Shown in pieces: positions 26,189 to 38,444 of a stretch of DNA of 64,000 bases. The notes below the pieces were generated by a model, which searched no databases, was not told the DNA's origin, and worked only from the letters and a program-made list of their open reading frames with translations. The DNA comes from Balanoglossus misakiensis. Lineage: Eukaryota; Animalia; Hemichordata. The stretch's first letter is position 1. The number at the start of each line of letters is the position of its first letter. The DNA lies in assembly GCA_040954595.2 (NCBI GenBank), contig CM082576.2, forward strand, positions 17,593,028 through 17,657,027, written 5' to 3'. Made by a program: the position numbers and the translations under genes.

Positions 26189-27058
26189 TTACGCATATTT
26201 TGAACAATTTCTAGCTATATGATCGTAACGCCCACAATTAAAACATGCACGGGAATTAAATTGACTATGCCGAGGAAAACGTTGGGCAGAGTGCCCAGTA
26301 AAATTATATCTGTTCCTCTTTACCTTATAGTCTATTGTTCGTTCTCTTGCTCTGTAATTCGGCGATTTCTTCTCTCTTTTTGTCGATCGTCCTTGATGAT
26401 CTGCCGCGCTTGATTTGGTCTTCATTTCTTCATCTTCTTGTTTCATCTCGTCAATCCGTGTTGAGATTTGTTGTAAAAGACCCGCTTCTGGCTCGTCTGT
26501 CTCTGGTAATCCTGCCACGACCTCTGCTGTTCGAGCATGTTTGTACGCTGTTTCGAAGTCCTTAGGTGACATTCCCGCTACGAACTTTAGTATGTCCGGT
26601 CTCAGTCCGTTCATGAAGAAAGATAGTATTTCCTCATCGGTCTTTTTCGCTTTTTCTGCTTTTTCGCATATTAATTCCGCATATTGTTCAACAGTCTGGT
26701 CCGGCAGTTGCTTCAGGCGAAACAGTTTCTCGTCATACAGCCACATCGGACCGCACTTATCAAAACGAGCGAGGAAGACATTTTGCAGTGTCGTCAAGTC
26801 ATTTTTCTTTTCAGCAGACAGTCTGTAGAACCATCGCTCCGCTTCACCAGTCAAATATAGTCCGATTCCTTTAAGCCGTTTCTCGTCTGACCATTGCTTA
26901 AAGTCAGCAAAGTCTATATATTTTTTCCACCATCGGTGTGCATTCTCAGTCTCTGTAGCCGAAAAGAAACCTGGGCCTACCTGACCTCCAGCTCTGAGTG
27001 TAACCTGTCGTATTTCCGATATTTGACTGTTCATGTCGTTTAGCATCTCGCGATCCAT
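26189..27058 (-). CDS. Gypsy-type Gag (capsid plus CCHC zinc knuckle), intact
   Basis: YLTGEAERWF, LKQLPDQTVEQYA, FMNGLRPDI, CFNCGRYDHIARNC. First ATG at 27058; the frame is open back to the PBS. Confidence 0.88.
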   Translation of the reverse strand: MDREMLNDMNSQISEIRQVTLRAGGQVGPGFFSATETENAHRWWKKYIDFADFKQWSDEKRLKGIGLYLTGEAERWFYRLSAEKKNDLTTLQNVFLARFDKCGPMWLYDEKLFRLKQLPDQTVEQYAELICEKAEKAKKTDEEILSFFMNGLRPDILKFVAGMSPKDFETAYKHARTAEVVAGLPETDEPEAGLLQQISTRIDEMKQEDEEMKTKSSAADHQGRSTKREKKSPNYRARERTIDYKVKRNRYNFTGHSAQRFPRHSQFNSRACFNCGRYDHIARNCSKYA

Positions 27059-27135
27059 GCTGTAATCTTTCCGCTGGACGTCGCCGTTTCTGTCTCCGAT
27101 GGATTTGTTTCGTCTACCCACGTATCTCCACCATG

Positions 27136-27668
27136 TATTACGGCTGGTTTCTCATGATTGTTCATGCATCGGGGAATCTGTAGCGATGAGGTATCGGGCT
27201 CTGACGAGAACAGTGATCCACGGAGACACGTATCTTATTCACGTTCATTTATTGTCCAGAACTACTCCAGTACATCAAATACGCCCAGTAAAGTACATGA
27301 GGAAGGGAACAAACTCAGTAGCCTGAGGTACTCCCATCTCCCGTTAGATTATTTTTCTCCCCAACTTTGGAAACAAAGTTCTCTTATAATTACTTTTCTC
27401 AAGGCGTGGTTAATAATGTAAAATATCACAAATACAATGTGTTACAATTTCATTGGACATCAGTCAACTCTATACGTACCAATTTACATAAGGTGTTATA
27501 TAACAAAGTCAGTTCGATGATGATTGACAACCAGAGCAGTCAGTTAAACACCCGCTCTCCCTATCTACTTCAAATACATAAAATCAAATACTATCAAACA
27601 TTGACATTCCCGAGCTCTGGATTAATTAACCCTTGAAATCGTATTTGACCTTTATACAGATCGTAACA
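27136..27668 (-). repeat. 5' LTR
   Basis: Apparently identical to 25129-25661. Confidence 0.92.
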
Positions 27669-28768
27669 GTATTTAGCATGAATCACTGAGCATAACAAGA
27701 TATGGGAATATATTTGAAGAATTAAAACATGTCAAACATTCATGCTACTGTGCCTTGAAATAATATGTTACCGTGTTTATCCTGAATGGTTAAATTAGTT
27801 TTGGTTCATGTAGAAAAAGTAATAATAGTTGTGTGCAATGCTATTGAGTAACTTATTTTGTTTATTACAGAGAAACTGTCAGAGATAGTGGACATTCTTC
27901 AACCTGGAAGGCTTTTCAGGAGACAGTATAAAGTTAAAGGTCCCAACCATATGTGGCATGTTGATGGGTATGACAAATTAAAGCCATTTGGTATATGTAT
28001 TCATGCAGCCACTGATGGTTGGAGTAGGCGTATCATTTGGGATAAAGTAGGATCTACCAATAGTGACCCAAGGATTGTTGCCAAATATTATGTGGATTCA
28101 GTTCGTCACTTAGGTGGTGTGCCACGTGTTGTTAGGGTAGACCCAGGCACTGAGAATTGTAACAATGCAGATATACAAACTCTTTTACGGGAGCAGCATG
28201 AAGACAGCCTAGCACATGTCCCTGTAATGTATAGTTCATTTGTCCATAATCAGAGGATTGAACGCTGGTGGGGATTTCTGAAAACAGAGTTCTGTTGTTT
28301 CTATATAGATTTATTTAAAGATATGAGAGATAGTGGTGTCCTTGATGATGGGGACCCTGTACATATTGAATGCTTGCGATTTAGTTTTACATCTGTAATA
28401 AGGAAAGAGTTGTGCAAAGTTGCAGCACATTGGAATGCTCATACAGTCAGGCGAATGAAATACAGCTAAGCTCCAACTGGCAAACGTAATTTCTTATACC
28501 TTAATCCCGAGATGTTTGAAACCACAAACCAAATGAGACCTCTGAATGTTGAGATCTTACAGGCAAGTGAAAACCTTCTGAGTGATGTTAGGCAGGATTG
28601 CAGTGATGATTTTGCTGAAATTGCATTACAACTCATGCTCGACAACAACTGGTATTCACCCAAAACTGTGGACCAAGCCATTGATCTTTTCAGTAAAATA
28701 CTTTGTGGGGTTTTGAACCTTGGCTAATGAACAAAACTTGCTTTTACTTCTTCCACTATTTCAATTAA

Positions 28769-29490
28769 GGTGGAGCAGTTACACCTAACTGATTTTGGCC
28801 AATTTCACTTTCAGACAAGTTTGGTTATCTCATGCTAATGCTTGTGTTGAAATCATTAATTTCATTAGAAAATATTTGTACGTTTATACAGAAAAGACAT
28901 GATTGAGTCAGTCATAGTAATGTAAATGAAGTTCAACTACCACTGTCGAACAATGGTACACTCCATTGAACATGGAAAAAGGTGTTTATCGACAGCTACA
29001 GTGATACTTGAATTCCATAAGGGTATGAAGTTATGTTTCGAGTACACAATAAGCAGGTGTTAATCATTTTAAGACAATAGCATGGCAGGTTCCCAGAGCA
29101 GCATGGGGAGACACTGATAAACCGGGAATATTTTCATATGAATTCATAAATACTGATAAGCATGGGTTAAGATCATTTGACTTTGGAATGATTATGAAGA
29201 TGTATATAACTTTCCATCCAATCTGAAGCGTGAGATATTATCAAGTTGTATTAAGAAACTAGCGAATCAGAGTTTACTTCCTGTTATGTATTTTGCATTA
29301 CCAAGTTACGCCCAGAAATATTGTCTTTAAAAGATTGGGCTTTGATGTGTAAGGTTATGATAGATGACATGATATGACATGTAGAATGGATATCCTTCCA
29401 TACGGACGACTGACCGCGCTCAGTAGAATAAAACTTGCATCTTATTGAACTACACGTTTGTTGCATCACTGCATATCGTACACTCCACAG
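28769..29490. mobile_element. Degenerate Kolobok-like non-autonomous element
   Basis: ttaa|ggtggag at the left and ctccacag|ttaa at the right. The TIR is short and imperfect. Confidence 0.4.
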
Positions 29491-29523
29491 TTAAAGACTT
29501 AACCTCTATATGTGTCATTGTGT

Positions 29524-29917
29524 ATTATATTATCATGGCCTGTGCATCGCATTTTGATTGGTCGAGATGAACGACAACTCTGACCACAAATACTCAGTAT
29601 ATTGGTTGTTTACATGCCCGTAAATCTGAATAGTAATATTAGCAAACAGTTCAGTGAATACAACATTTTGCGCAACACAAGTTCCGGGGCTCCCAGTGGG
29701 ACATTTTTGTAAATTTTGACGGTTTTCCTGACTTCGTTGGTAATATAATGGAAATAACCGACTCCGCCCTGACCATTAACGTTTGTTTATGGGCGCGGGC
29801 TCGAGAAAAGGCAAAATTCATGGGCTCGGAAGCCTCGCCCGTGAATTTTTTGGCTTTCCCCTCGCCCTTGCCCATAAACAAACGTTTATGGTCAGGGCGT
29901 CGTCCATTATTTTTATA
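29524..29917 (-). mobile_element. Hairpin-ended non-autonomous element, family A (Crypton-like); second copy ~33411-33804
   Basis: attatattat..tgattgg core..taatataat followed by a ~160-bp imperfect palindrome. Confidence 0.6.
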
Positions 29918-29944
29918 CTATTCATCAGAGTAGGTCTAAGGCCT

Positions 29945-30520
29945 TATTTAAGCAATAACCCCCGCCGCAGGCGGGTATACACGAGATTTGGGTACAATTC
30001 GAGACATATAGCACGAGCCGTCAGGCGAGTGCTATATGGAGCGAATTGTACCCAAATCGAGTGTATACCCGACTGAGGCGGGGGTTATTGCTATTATATT
30101 ATATCAACAACTGTTTTTGTGGCATATCAGTGTCATTTTCTTACCGAAACGGTGTCAGAAAGAGAAATTACGATCGTGAACCAACATGGCGACGACGAAT
30201 GTAAACACGAGCGGCCGGGATCGAGCATTAAACATGAAGGAGACGACAACAAGTGACAAGACGGCCATCGCGCGTGGCAAAACGACAAATATATCCACAG
30301 AGCAGTTCCAAAATAAAACGTCCGTTAATTCAACATTATTTTTGTTTTATTTATTTGGTTTAAACACGCGCGACTGTGGTTTAACCGCACATTTTGCTGC
30401 CGTATGCTAGTTCAGGGGCCCGTTTTACCACTGCTAGCCATGGTAAAACAGTATTTTACCATTGCTGGATTCAGCTCTCGTCCAATCAGAATCGCGGATG
30501 GTAGCATGATATAATATAAT
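29945..30520 (+). mobile_element. Hairpin-ended non-autonomous element, family B (Crypton-like); second copy ~33832-34406
   Basis: 142-bp palindrome 29951-30092, attatattat 30093-30102, ccaatca, ataatataat 30511-30520. A dispersed homolog lies at 48538-49084. Confidence 0.7.
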
Positions 30521-30960
30521 TGAATATTCATTCTGGCAAGTGATAAATCCAAAGTAGCGAAGAAAAATTGCACAGAGGTTGTAAATTTCTGCAAGAAAAT
30601 GCCTCTCCAAAAAGATGAAAACCAGCTGGGGATTGAATGTGCTTGTGTTGAAAAGAAATACAGAATATGCAAATTAGGAATTGACAAGACAGTTGTCACT
30701 GCTTTTCAATAAAACCCATGTTTTCCAAGCCTCTCAAGCTAACAATGGCAGTTGAGTAGCGCCCCCAGACAGCCACTACTTGTTCAACTCCCTAAAGCAT
30801 ATTTCAAAATGAAAACTAAGCAGACATGAATTATTTTATAACATTGTTATTAAACACATCAAAATTAACCATTGCACTTAATTAAACGCAGTGTCTGCAT
30901 CCACTTTTCTTTCAACTTTTTTTTTACATGATCAACATTACATGCTAATAACTTTTGCTA

Positions 30961-31923
30961 AACAAGTCATCGCTGATGACACAGTCCCTGTTTGATTATG
31001 GTTATGGAAATCGGTTCAGGGATAGTTGAAATATGGTTCATAAACATGAAAAATTCGCAACAAAATGGCCGCCTGGTGGCCATATTGGAACGCATTGCAC
31101 TACACATGCACAATATAATACACATGTCCCTGTACCAAGTTTGAATGAAATCAGTTGAGGGATAGTTCAGATTTGGTTCCAAGACATTTTGCAACAGAAT
31201 GGCCGCCATATTGGATCGCATCGCACCATATTAATAAAAAAACAAATTATTGTCAATGACATAGTCCCCGCTGGTAATTAAAATCATAACAAAATGGCTG
31301 TTTGAACAAAAATCGCGTCAAGGACACAGTGGTCCCATTGAGGGAATACACAAGAAAAAGTCTACACCGGAGTACATGGCAATATACAGACAGACAGACA
31401 GACAGACACACACACACATAGCAAGAGATCAATGGGCAAGCACTGACTGACACATAAGCTGCCAATGGCATATCTACTGTACACACACTAAATAGAACAG
31501 CTGGCCTCTTCTAAACTTAGCCAGTTATGTAATCATTCAGGAATTTGCTGTGTATATAAACAACTCAATAAAGTAAATACACAACACTTCGCAAAGCAAT
31601 CTGACCAGTAGTTGAGTTACTTAGGTTTGACCAAATTCACATTTTTCCAGCTAATTTGCATATTTTTGGTAATGACAACTTCATTGAACACACTCCCATC
31701 TACAGCCCAGCCTGCATCTGCACACCAAATATCAAGGTGATACACGCAGTGGTTTTCAGGTTTTTGATGTGGACGGACATACAGACATACATCCATACAT
31801 ACATACATACAGACGCAACCGATCCCATAAGGTCCCATGGTATATAGGCCTATACGCTAATGGACGGACACACGGGACCCAATCTATAAGTCCCCACCGG
31901 ACTGCATCTGCAGGGACTAAAAA
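30961..31923 (-). mobile_element. Nested Helentron/DINE-like elements (agtccc family with a ggtccc-family copy inside); second copy ~34847-35809
   Basis: aacaag+hairpin gtcatcgctgatgac+agtccc ... agtccc..gggactaaaaa. The internal 31304-31855 segment matches the 15-17 kb family; ACAG/ACAT microsatellites. Confidence 0.7.
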
Positions 31924-31976
31924 CACACAAAAGTAACGTGTCTAACGTGTCTAATCAAAAGCAACCTACAATGCAT

Positions 31977-32780
31977 TCAGGTCAATGAAGCTAGACTTTC
32001 AAGAAAAACCTGAAACTTAATGTCAACACTATGAGACATTTCCACTACATCTGGTGTTAAATACTTCACACTGTGGTGTGGGTTTTTGGCTAGCCTATAC
32101 TTTATATGCAAATCATTTAAATGCAGAAACCTTGGGTCACTGCGCAAAGTTGAAAAAAAAGTATCATAATCATTCAAGTCTTCCCTCGGTACAAGAAGAA
32201 ATTTTCCCATAGCAGACTGATGTGTATTGAAGAGCTGTACAGCTGCATTTCTGTAGTATACAGCTAAAACCTTGTCGTGATTGATTTCCTTGATGGGGTC
32301 ATTATCAGGAATACTGTCATTGGTCATAGTGTACGCAGCTTTGTCGTCTATTGTTCTTTGTTCTCCGTCAACATCATCTAAGCTGATCTCCTTAAAGTTA
32401 AAAAATAAGGAACATAGGCTTATCAGAGTCCTCAAACACAGGCTTGTACTGAAATCTGCATGTGGATTATGATACCAAACACACAGTTATCAACTACAAC
32501 TGCTAATTCAACAGCAGAGATCACTATCATATTGCTTGATAAAATACACGAAAAATCATACGTATACATGGGTATACATACATGTCTCGTACTGGTACCA
32601 GCTGCAACTGCATAGGGTATTGTATCATCCAAGCTTTCAGCACCATGATGGGGCTTGTGAATAGACACAGTATCATCATCATCATCTTCAGTACCACTAT
32701 TTGTCCACTACCAATCAACTGATAATTGTCAGATCCATCACTTGGTCCACCACCACTCTGTCTGATAACAGTCTGGTGCA
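31977..32780 (-). pseudogene. Duplicated last exons of the IS3EU-associated second gene
   Basis: Same sequence as 35863-36666. Confidence 0.55.
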
Positions 32781-35700
32781 AAATAATTCAAAATGCGTTA
32801 TAGTTTATTGTAAGAAACATGATTGAAAGCATTCTTAGTGCAGGGATGTGGAAACTTTTCTCATATTCTGGAAAATCAGCTTTAACAGTGATACTTGAAT
32901 TCCATAAGGGTATGAAGTTATGTTTCGAGTACACAATAAGCAGGTGTTAATCATTTTAAGACAATAGCATGGCAGGTTCCCAGAGCAGCATGGGGAGACA
33001 CTGATAAACCGGGAATATTTTCATATGAATTCATAAATACTGATAAGCATGGGTTAAGATCATTTGACTTTGGAATGATTATGAAGATGTATATAACTTT
33101 CCATCCAATCTGAAGCGTGAGATATTATCAAGTTGTATTAAGAAACTAGCGAATCAGAGTTTACTTCCTGTTATGTATTTTGCATTACCAAGTTACGCCC
33201 AGAAATATTGTCTTTAAAAGATTGGGCTTTGATGTGTAAGGTTATGATAGATGACATGATATGACATGTAGAATGGATATCCTTCCATACGGACGACTGA
33301 CCGCGCTCAGTAGAATAAAACTTGCATCTTATTGAACTACACGTTTGTTGCATCACTGCATATCGTACACTCCACAGTTAAAGACTTAACCTCTATATGT
33401 GTCATTGTGTATTATATTACCATGGCCTGTGCATCGCATTTTGATTGGTCGAGATGAACGACAACTCTGACCACAAATACTCAGTATATTGGTTGTTTAC
33501 ATGCCCGTAAATCTGAATAGTAATATTAGCAAACAGTTCAGTGAATACAACATTTTGCGCAACACAAGTTCCGGGGCTCCCAGTGGGACATTTTTGTAAA
33601 TTTTGACGGTTTTCCTGACTTCGTTGGTAATATAATGGAAATAACCGACTCCGCCCTGACCATTAACGTTTGTTTATGGGCGCGGGCTCGAGAAAAGGCA
33701 AAATTCATGGGCTCGGAAGCCTCGCCCGTGAATTTTTTGGCTTTCCCCTCGCCCTTGCCCATAAACAAACGTTTATGGTCAGGGCGTCGTCCATTATTTT
33801 TATACTATTCATCAGAGTAGGTCTAAGGCCTTATTTAAGCAATAACCCCCGCCGCAGGCGGGTATACACGAGATTTGGGTACAATTCGAGACATATAGCA
33901 CGAGCCGTCAGGCGAGTGCTATATGGAGCGAATTGTACCCAAATCGAGTGTATACCCGACTGAGGCGGGGGTTATTGCTATTATATTATATCAACAACTG
34001 TTTTTGTGGCATATCAGTGTCATTTTCTTACCGAAACGGTGTCAGAAAGAGAAATTACGATCGTGAACCAACATGGCGACGACGAATGTAAACACGAGCG
34101 GCCGGGATCGAGCATTAAACATGAAGGAGACGACAACAAGTGACAAGACGGCCATCGCGCGTGGCAAAACGACAAATATATCCACAGAGCAGTTCCAAAA
34201 TAAAACGTCCGTTAATTCAACATTATTTTGTTTTATTTATTTGGTTTAAACACGCGCGACTGTGGTTTAACCGCACATTTTGCTGCCGTATGCTAGTTCA
34301 GGGGCCCGTTTTACCACTGCTAGCCATGGTAAAACAGTATTTTACCATTGCTGGATTCAGCTCTCGTCCAATCAGAATCGCGGATGGTAGCATGATATAA
34401 TATAATTGAATATTCATTCTGGCAAGTGATAAATCCAAAGTAGCGAAGAAAAATTGCACAGTGGTTGTAAATTTCTGCAAGAAAATGCCTCTCCAAAAAG
34501 ATGAAAACCAGCTGGGGATTGAATGTGCTTGTGTTGAAAAGAAATACAGAATATGCAAATTAGGAATTGACAAGACAGTTGTCACTGCTTTTCAATAAAA
34601 CCCATGTTTTCCAAGCCTCTCAAGCTAACAATGGCAGTTGAGTAGCATCCCCAGACAGCCACTACTTGTTCAACTCCCTAAAGCATATTTCAAAATGAAA
34701 ACTAAGCAGACATGAATTATTTTATAACATTGTTATTAAACACATCAAAATTAACCATTGCACTTAATTAAACGCAGTGTCTGCATCCACTTTTCTTTCA
34801 ACTTTTTTTTTACATGATCAACATTACATGCTAATAATTTTTGCTAAACAAGTCATCGCTGATGACACAGTCCCTGTTTGATTATGGTTATGGAAATCGG
34901 TTCAGGGATAGTTGAAATATGGTTCATAAACATGAAAAATTCGCAACAAAATGGCCGCCTGGTGGCCATATTGGAACGCATTGCACTACACATGCACAAT
35001 ATAATACACATGTCCCTGTACCAAGTTTGAATGAAATCAGTTGAGGGATAGTTCAGATTTGGTTCCAAGACATTTTGCAACAGAATGTCCGCCATATTGG
35101 ATCGCATCGCACCATATTAATAAAAAAACAAATTATTGTCAATGACATAGTCCCCGCTGGTAATTAAAATCATAACAAAATGGCTGTTTGAACAAAAATC
35201 GCGTCAAGGACACAGTGGTCCCATTGAGGGAATACACAAGAAAAAGTCTACACCGGAGTACATGGCAATATACAGACAGACAGACAGACAGACACACACA
35301 CACATAGCAAGAGATCAATGGGCAAGCACTGACTGACACATAAGCTGCCAATGGCATATCTACTGTACACACACTAAATAGAACAGCTGGCCTCTTCTAA
35401 ACTTAGCCAGTTATGTAATCATTCAGGAATTTGCTGTGTATATAAACAACTCAATAAAGTAAATACACAACACTTCGCAAAGCAATCTGACCAGTAGTTG
35501 AGTTACTTAGGTTTGACCAAATTCACATTTTTCCAGCTAATTTGCATATTTTTGGTAATGACAACTTCATTGAACACACTCCCATCTACAGCCCAGCCTG
35601 CATCTGCACACCAAATATCAAGGTGATACACGCAGTGGTTTTCAGGTTTTTGATGTGGACGGACATACAGACATACATCCATACATACATACATACAGAC

Positions 35701-35862
35701 GCAACCGATCCCATAAGGTCCCATGGTATATAGGCCTATACGCTAATGGACGGACACACGGGACCCAATCTATAAGTCCCCGCCGGACTGCATCTGCAGG
35801 GACTAAAAACACACAAAAGTAACGTGTCTAACGTGTCTAATCAAAAGCAACCTACAATGCAT

Positions 35863-38444
35863 TCAGGTCAATGAAGCTAGACTTTCAAGAAAAACCTGAA
35901 ACTTAATGTCAACACTATGAGACATTTCCACTACATCTGGTGTTAAATACTTCACACTGTGGTGTGGGTTTTTGGCTAGCCTATACTTTATATGCAAATC
36001 ATTTAAATGCAGAAACCTTGGGTCACTGCGCAAAGTTGAAAAAAAAGTATCATAATCATTCAAGTCTTCCCTCGGTACAAGAAGAAATTTTCCCATAGCA
36101 GACTGATGTGTATTGAAGAGCTGTACAGCTGCATTTCTGTAGTATACAGCTAAAACCTTGTCGTGATTGATTTCCTTGATGGGGTCATTATCAGGAATAC
36201 TGTCATTGGTCATAGTGTACGCAGCTTTGTCGTCTATTGTTCTTTGTTCTCCGTCAACATCATCTAAGCTGATCTCCTTAAAGTTAAAAAATAAGGAACA
36301 TAGGCTTATCAGAGTCCTCAAACACAGGCTTGTACTGAAATCTGCATGTGGATTATGATACCAAACACACAGTTATCAACTACAACTGCTAATTCAACAG
36401 CAGAGATCACTATCATATTGCTTGATAAAATACACGAAAAATCATACGTATACATGGGTATACATACATGTCTCGTACTGGTACCAGCTGCAACTGCATA
36501 GGGTATTGTATCATCCAAGCTTTCAGCACCATGATGGGGCTTGTGAATAGACACAGTATCATCATCATCATCTTCAGTACCACTATTTGTCCACTACCAA
36601 TCAACTGATAATTGTCAGATCCATCACTTGGTCCACCACCACTCTGTCTGATAACAGTCTGGTGCAAAATAATTCAAAATGCGTTATAGTTTATTGTAAG
36701 AAACATGATTGAAAGCATTCTTAGTGCAGGGATGTGGAAACTTTTCTCATATTCTGGAAAATCAGCTTTAACATATGGAAAAATGATTGGCCACATAATG
36801 TTTAGGTGTATTTTCCAATGATTACAGCTTGAAATTTGCCATTCTCAGACTGGTGTTTTTTTCTTCCTTCTGCCTGTTTTCTATATCCCTGTAGTGTTGT
36901 TAAAATACGTGGAAAAATCACTAACATGAAAGACATCTTAGTAAATTGGAGATAAACCAATAAATTATATAATATATTTAGCCAAAAAGATATTACAAGT
37001 ACCAAAATAAATAAAATTCAGTAACCAGGATAATCCCATTGTCTAGTATAGTATATAATTATTGATACATTTCAGAGTCTCAACCTACCGTAGCCACATC
37101 GGTAAAAGTATGTGTATCACTGCCACTTGTGTGAAGTTGATAGCCATCATGATTGGTGGAGCCATTCATACTGCTGTCACTACTATCTCTGCTGAAAGTA
37201 TGATTGATTTGTTATCAACATTGTATAACTGCAAAGCTGTGAACCTTCAACAATGGGAATGAAAAAGAGCAATCTTACAGAATAAAATTTCAGATTGGTT
37301 TTGGATGTTTCAATGTTTTTAGATTGTTTCGAAATGTTACATAGACTTGAAACACACACTTGCTAGTATAACGCTACCAATCTGGTAGGCCCTGTGAGGG
37401 GAGAGGGGGGAAGAGAAAGACAGATATACAGTTGTATGAACTGAAACACACACACACACACACACACATGAAACAAGGTGACACGACTCGTTTCCATAGA
37501 CACCTTTTGATGTCATGATGATGTAAAGAATACTTGGCATGGATAAAGGCTGATTTTTTCTCCTTTTTTGCATGGCACTTTAATATGCTATTTATGCATG
37601 AAAATATTGTGATAAAGTGATAAAAAGTTCTAATGAAACGTGTCATAATGTATCAAACATACCTCTCAGTTGAAACCAAATAGATCCTTGGTGCTGTTGT
37701 GAAATTTGTATTTTTTTTGATGTAATTTTCCACTGTATAAAAGGCATTTTTGTCAATGATGTCTCCCTTATAGTTGTAAGGTAACATCTTGTTGTGTCAT
37801 CGATTTCAAATAGACTTTTCATTGTCTTCAATAGTTCTGAGAATCCTGCTTCCCTCTTCATATCCACTTTCCTAAGTCCTCCTCCATATCTTTCTTTAAC
37901 TTGTACTTCGTTACCAATACTGTTCTTTTTCCATCCACAATGCAGGCGCAGTGTTTCCCTTTTGCCTTTCTTTTTCCTTTGCTAAAATTCAATTGGTATA
38001 AATATGACCAGTTAGGATAGTACACACATGAAGCATGGTATACTCTCATGCTTACGAGTGCTAACCCTAACCCTAACGCTCACCCCAACCCTAAATATAG
38101 CCGGTCGACCGCCACCTGTCTACACAGGTACATGTACTAATGAAGAGCCAAACACATATGAACATCGAAATTATACCGTTGCCTCTGCATTGAATGGTTT
38201 TCTCTTCAGACATTCTAATCTTGAGAAGCAACTCTTTGATGTCTTCATTTGCAAGGCACTCTACATCTGTGCTTAATGTATCCGTGACCATGCTTGCTGT
38301 TGGTTCATTTGGTGTTTTCAGAATGATAACACTGCCACTCAGTGATCTTAACACGTTATCATCTTCGATGGCTGTGCCATCTTGCAGTAACACGTCTAGC
38401 TTTTTTACCTACACCTGGAGACCTAACTTCTGTACATGTGCACC
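35863..38444 (-). pseudogene. Multi-exon gene convergent with the IS3EU-like transposase (probable element ORF2)
   Basis: Exon-like blocks ~38444-38180 (LLQDGTAIEDDNVLRSL), ~37982-37664 (LHCGWKKNSIGNEVQVKERYGGGLRKVDM), ~36666-36480 and ~36290-35863. Frameshifts and stops are present. Confidence 0.55.

Larger units (their letters stand above)
25129..27668 (-). mobile_element. Gag-only LTR retroelement (2540 bp)
   Basis: Two 533-bp LTRs, TSD GTAT (25125-25128, 27669-27672), PBS tggtggagat 2 nt inside the 5' LTR, PPT aaaaggaggggag before the 3' LTR. Confidence 0.92.
22900..28727 (+). pseudogene. IS3EU-like (integrase-core DDE) transposase, spliced, disrupted
   Basis: Exon ~22900-23136 (SVRQIQRILKKLNLRRK..MGVRRIWQEL..VKR|gt) splices to 27871-28727 (ETVR..RRQYKVKGPNHMWHVDGYDKLKPFGICIHAATDGWSR..RVDPGTEN..HNQRIERWW..WNAH). 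Frameshift near 27885 and stop at 28467. Confidence 0.8.
28998..36770. repeat. Head-to-tail tandem duplication, ~3887-bp unit (28998-32884, 32885-36770)
   Basis: Both copies start acagtgatacttgaattcc. Nearly identical ORF sets offset by 3886-3887. Only a handful of differences seen. Confidence 0.97.

Noticed and set aside
29284-31847. Many short ORFs, repeated at 33171-35733
   Set aside because: They fall in non-coding repeats and palindromes and recur only because of the duplication.
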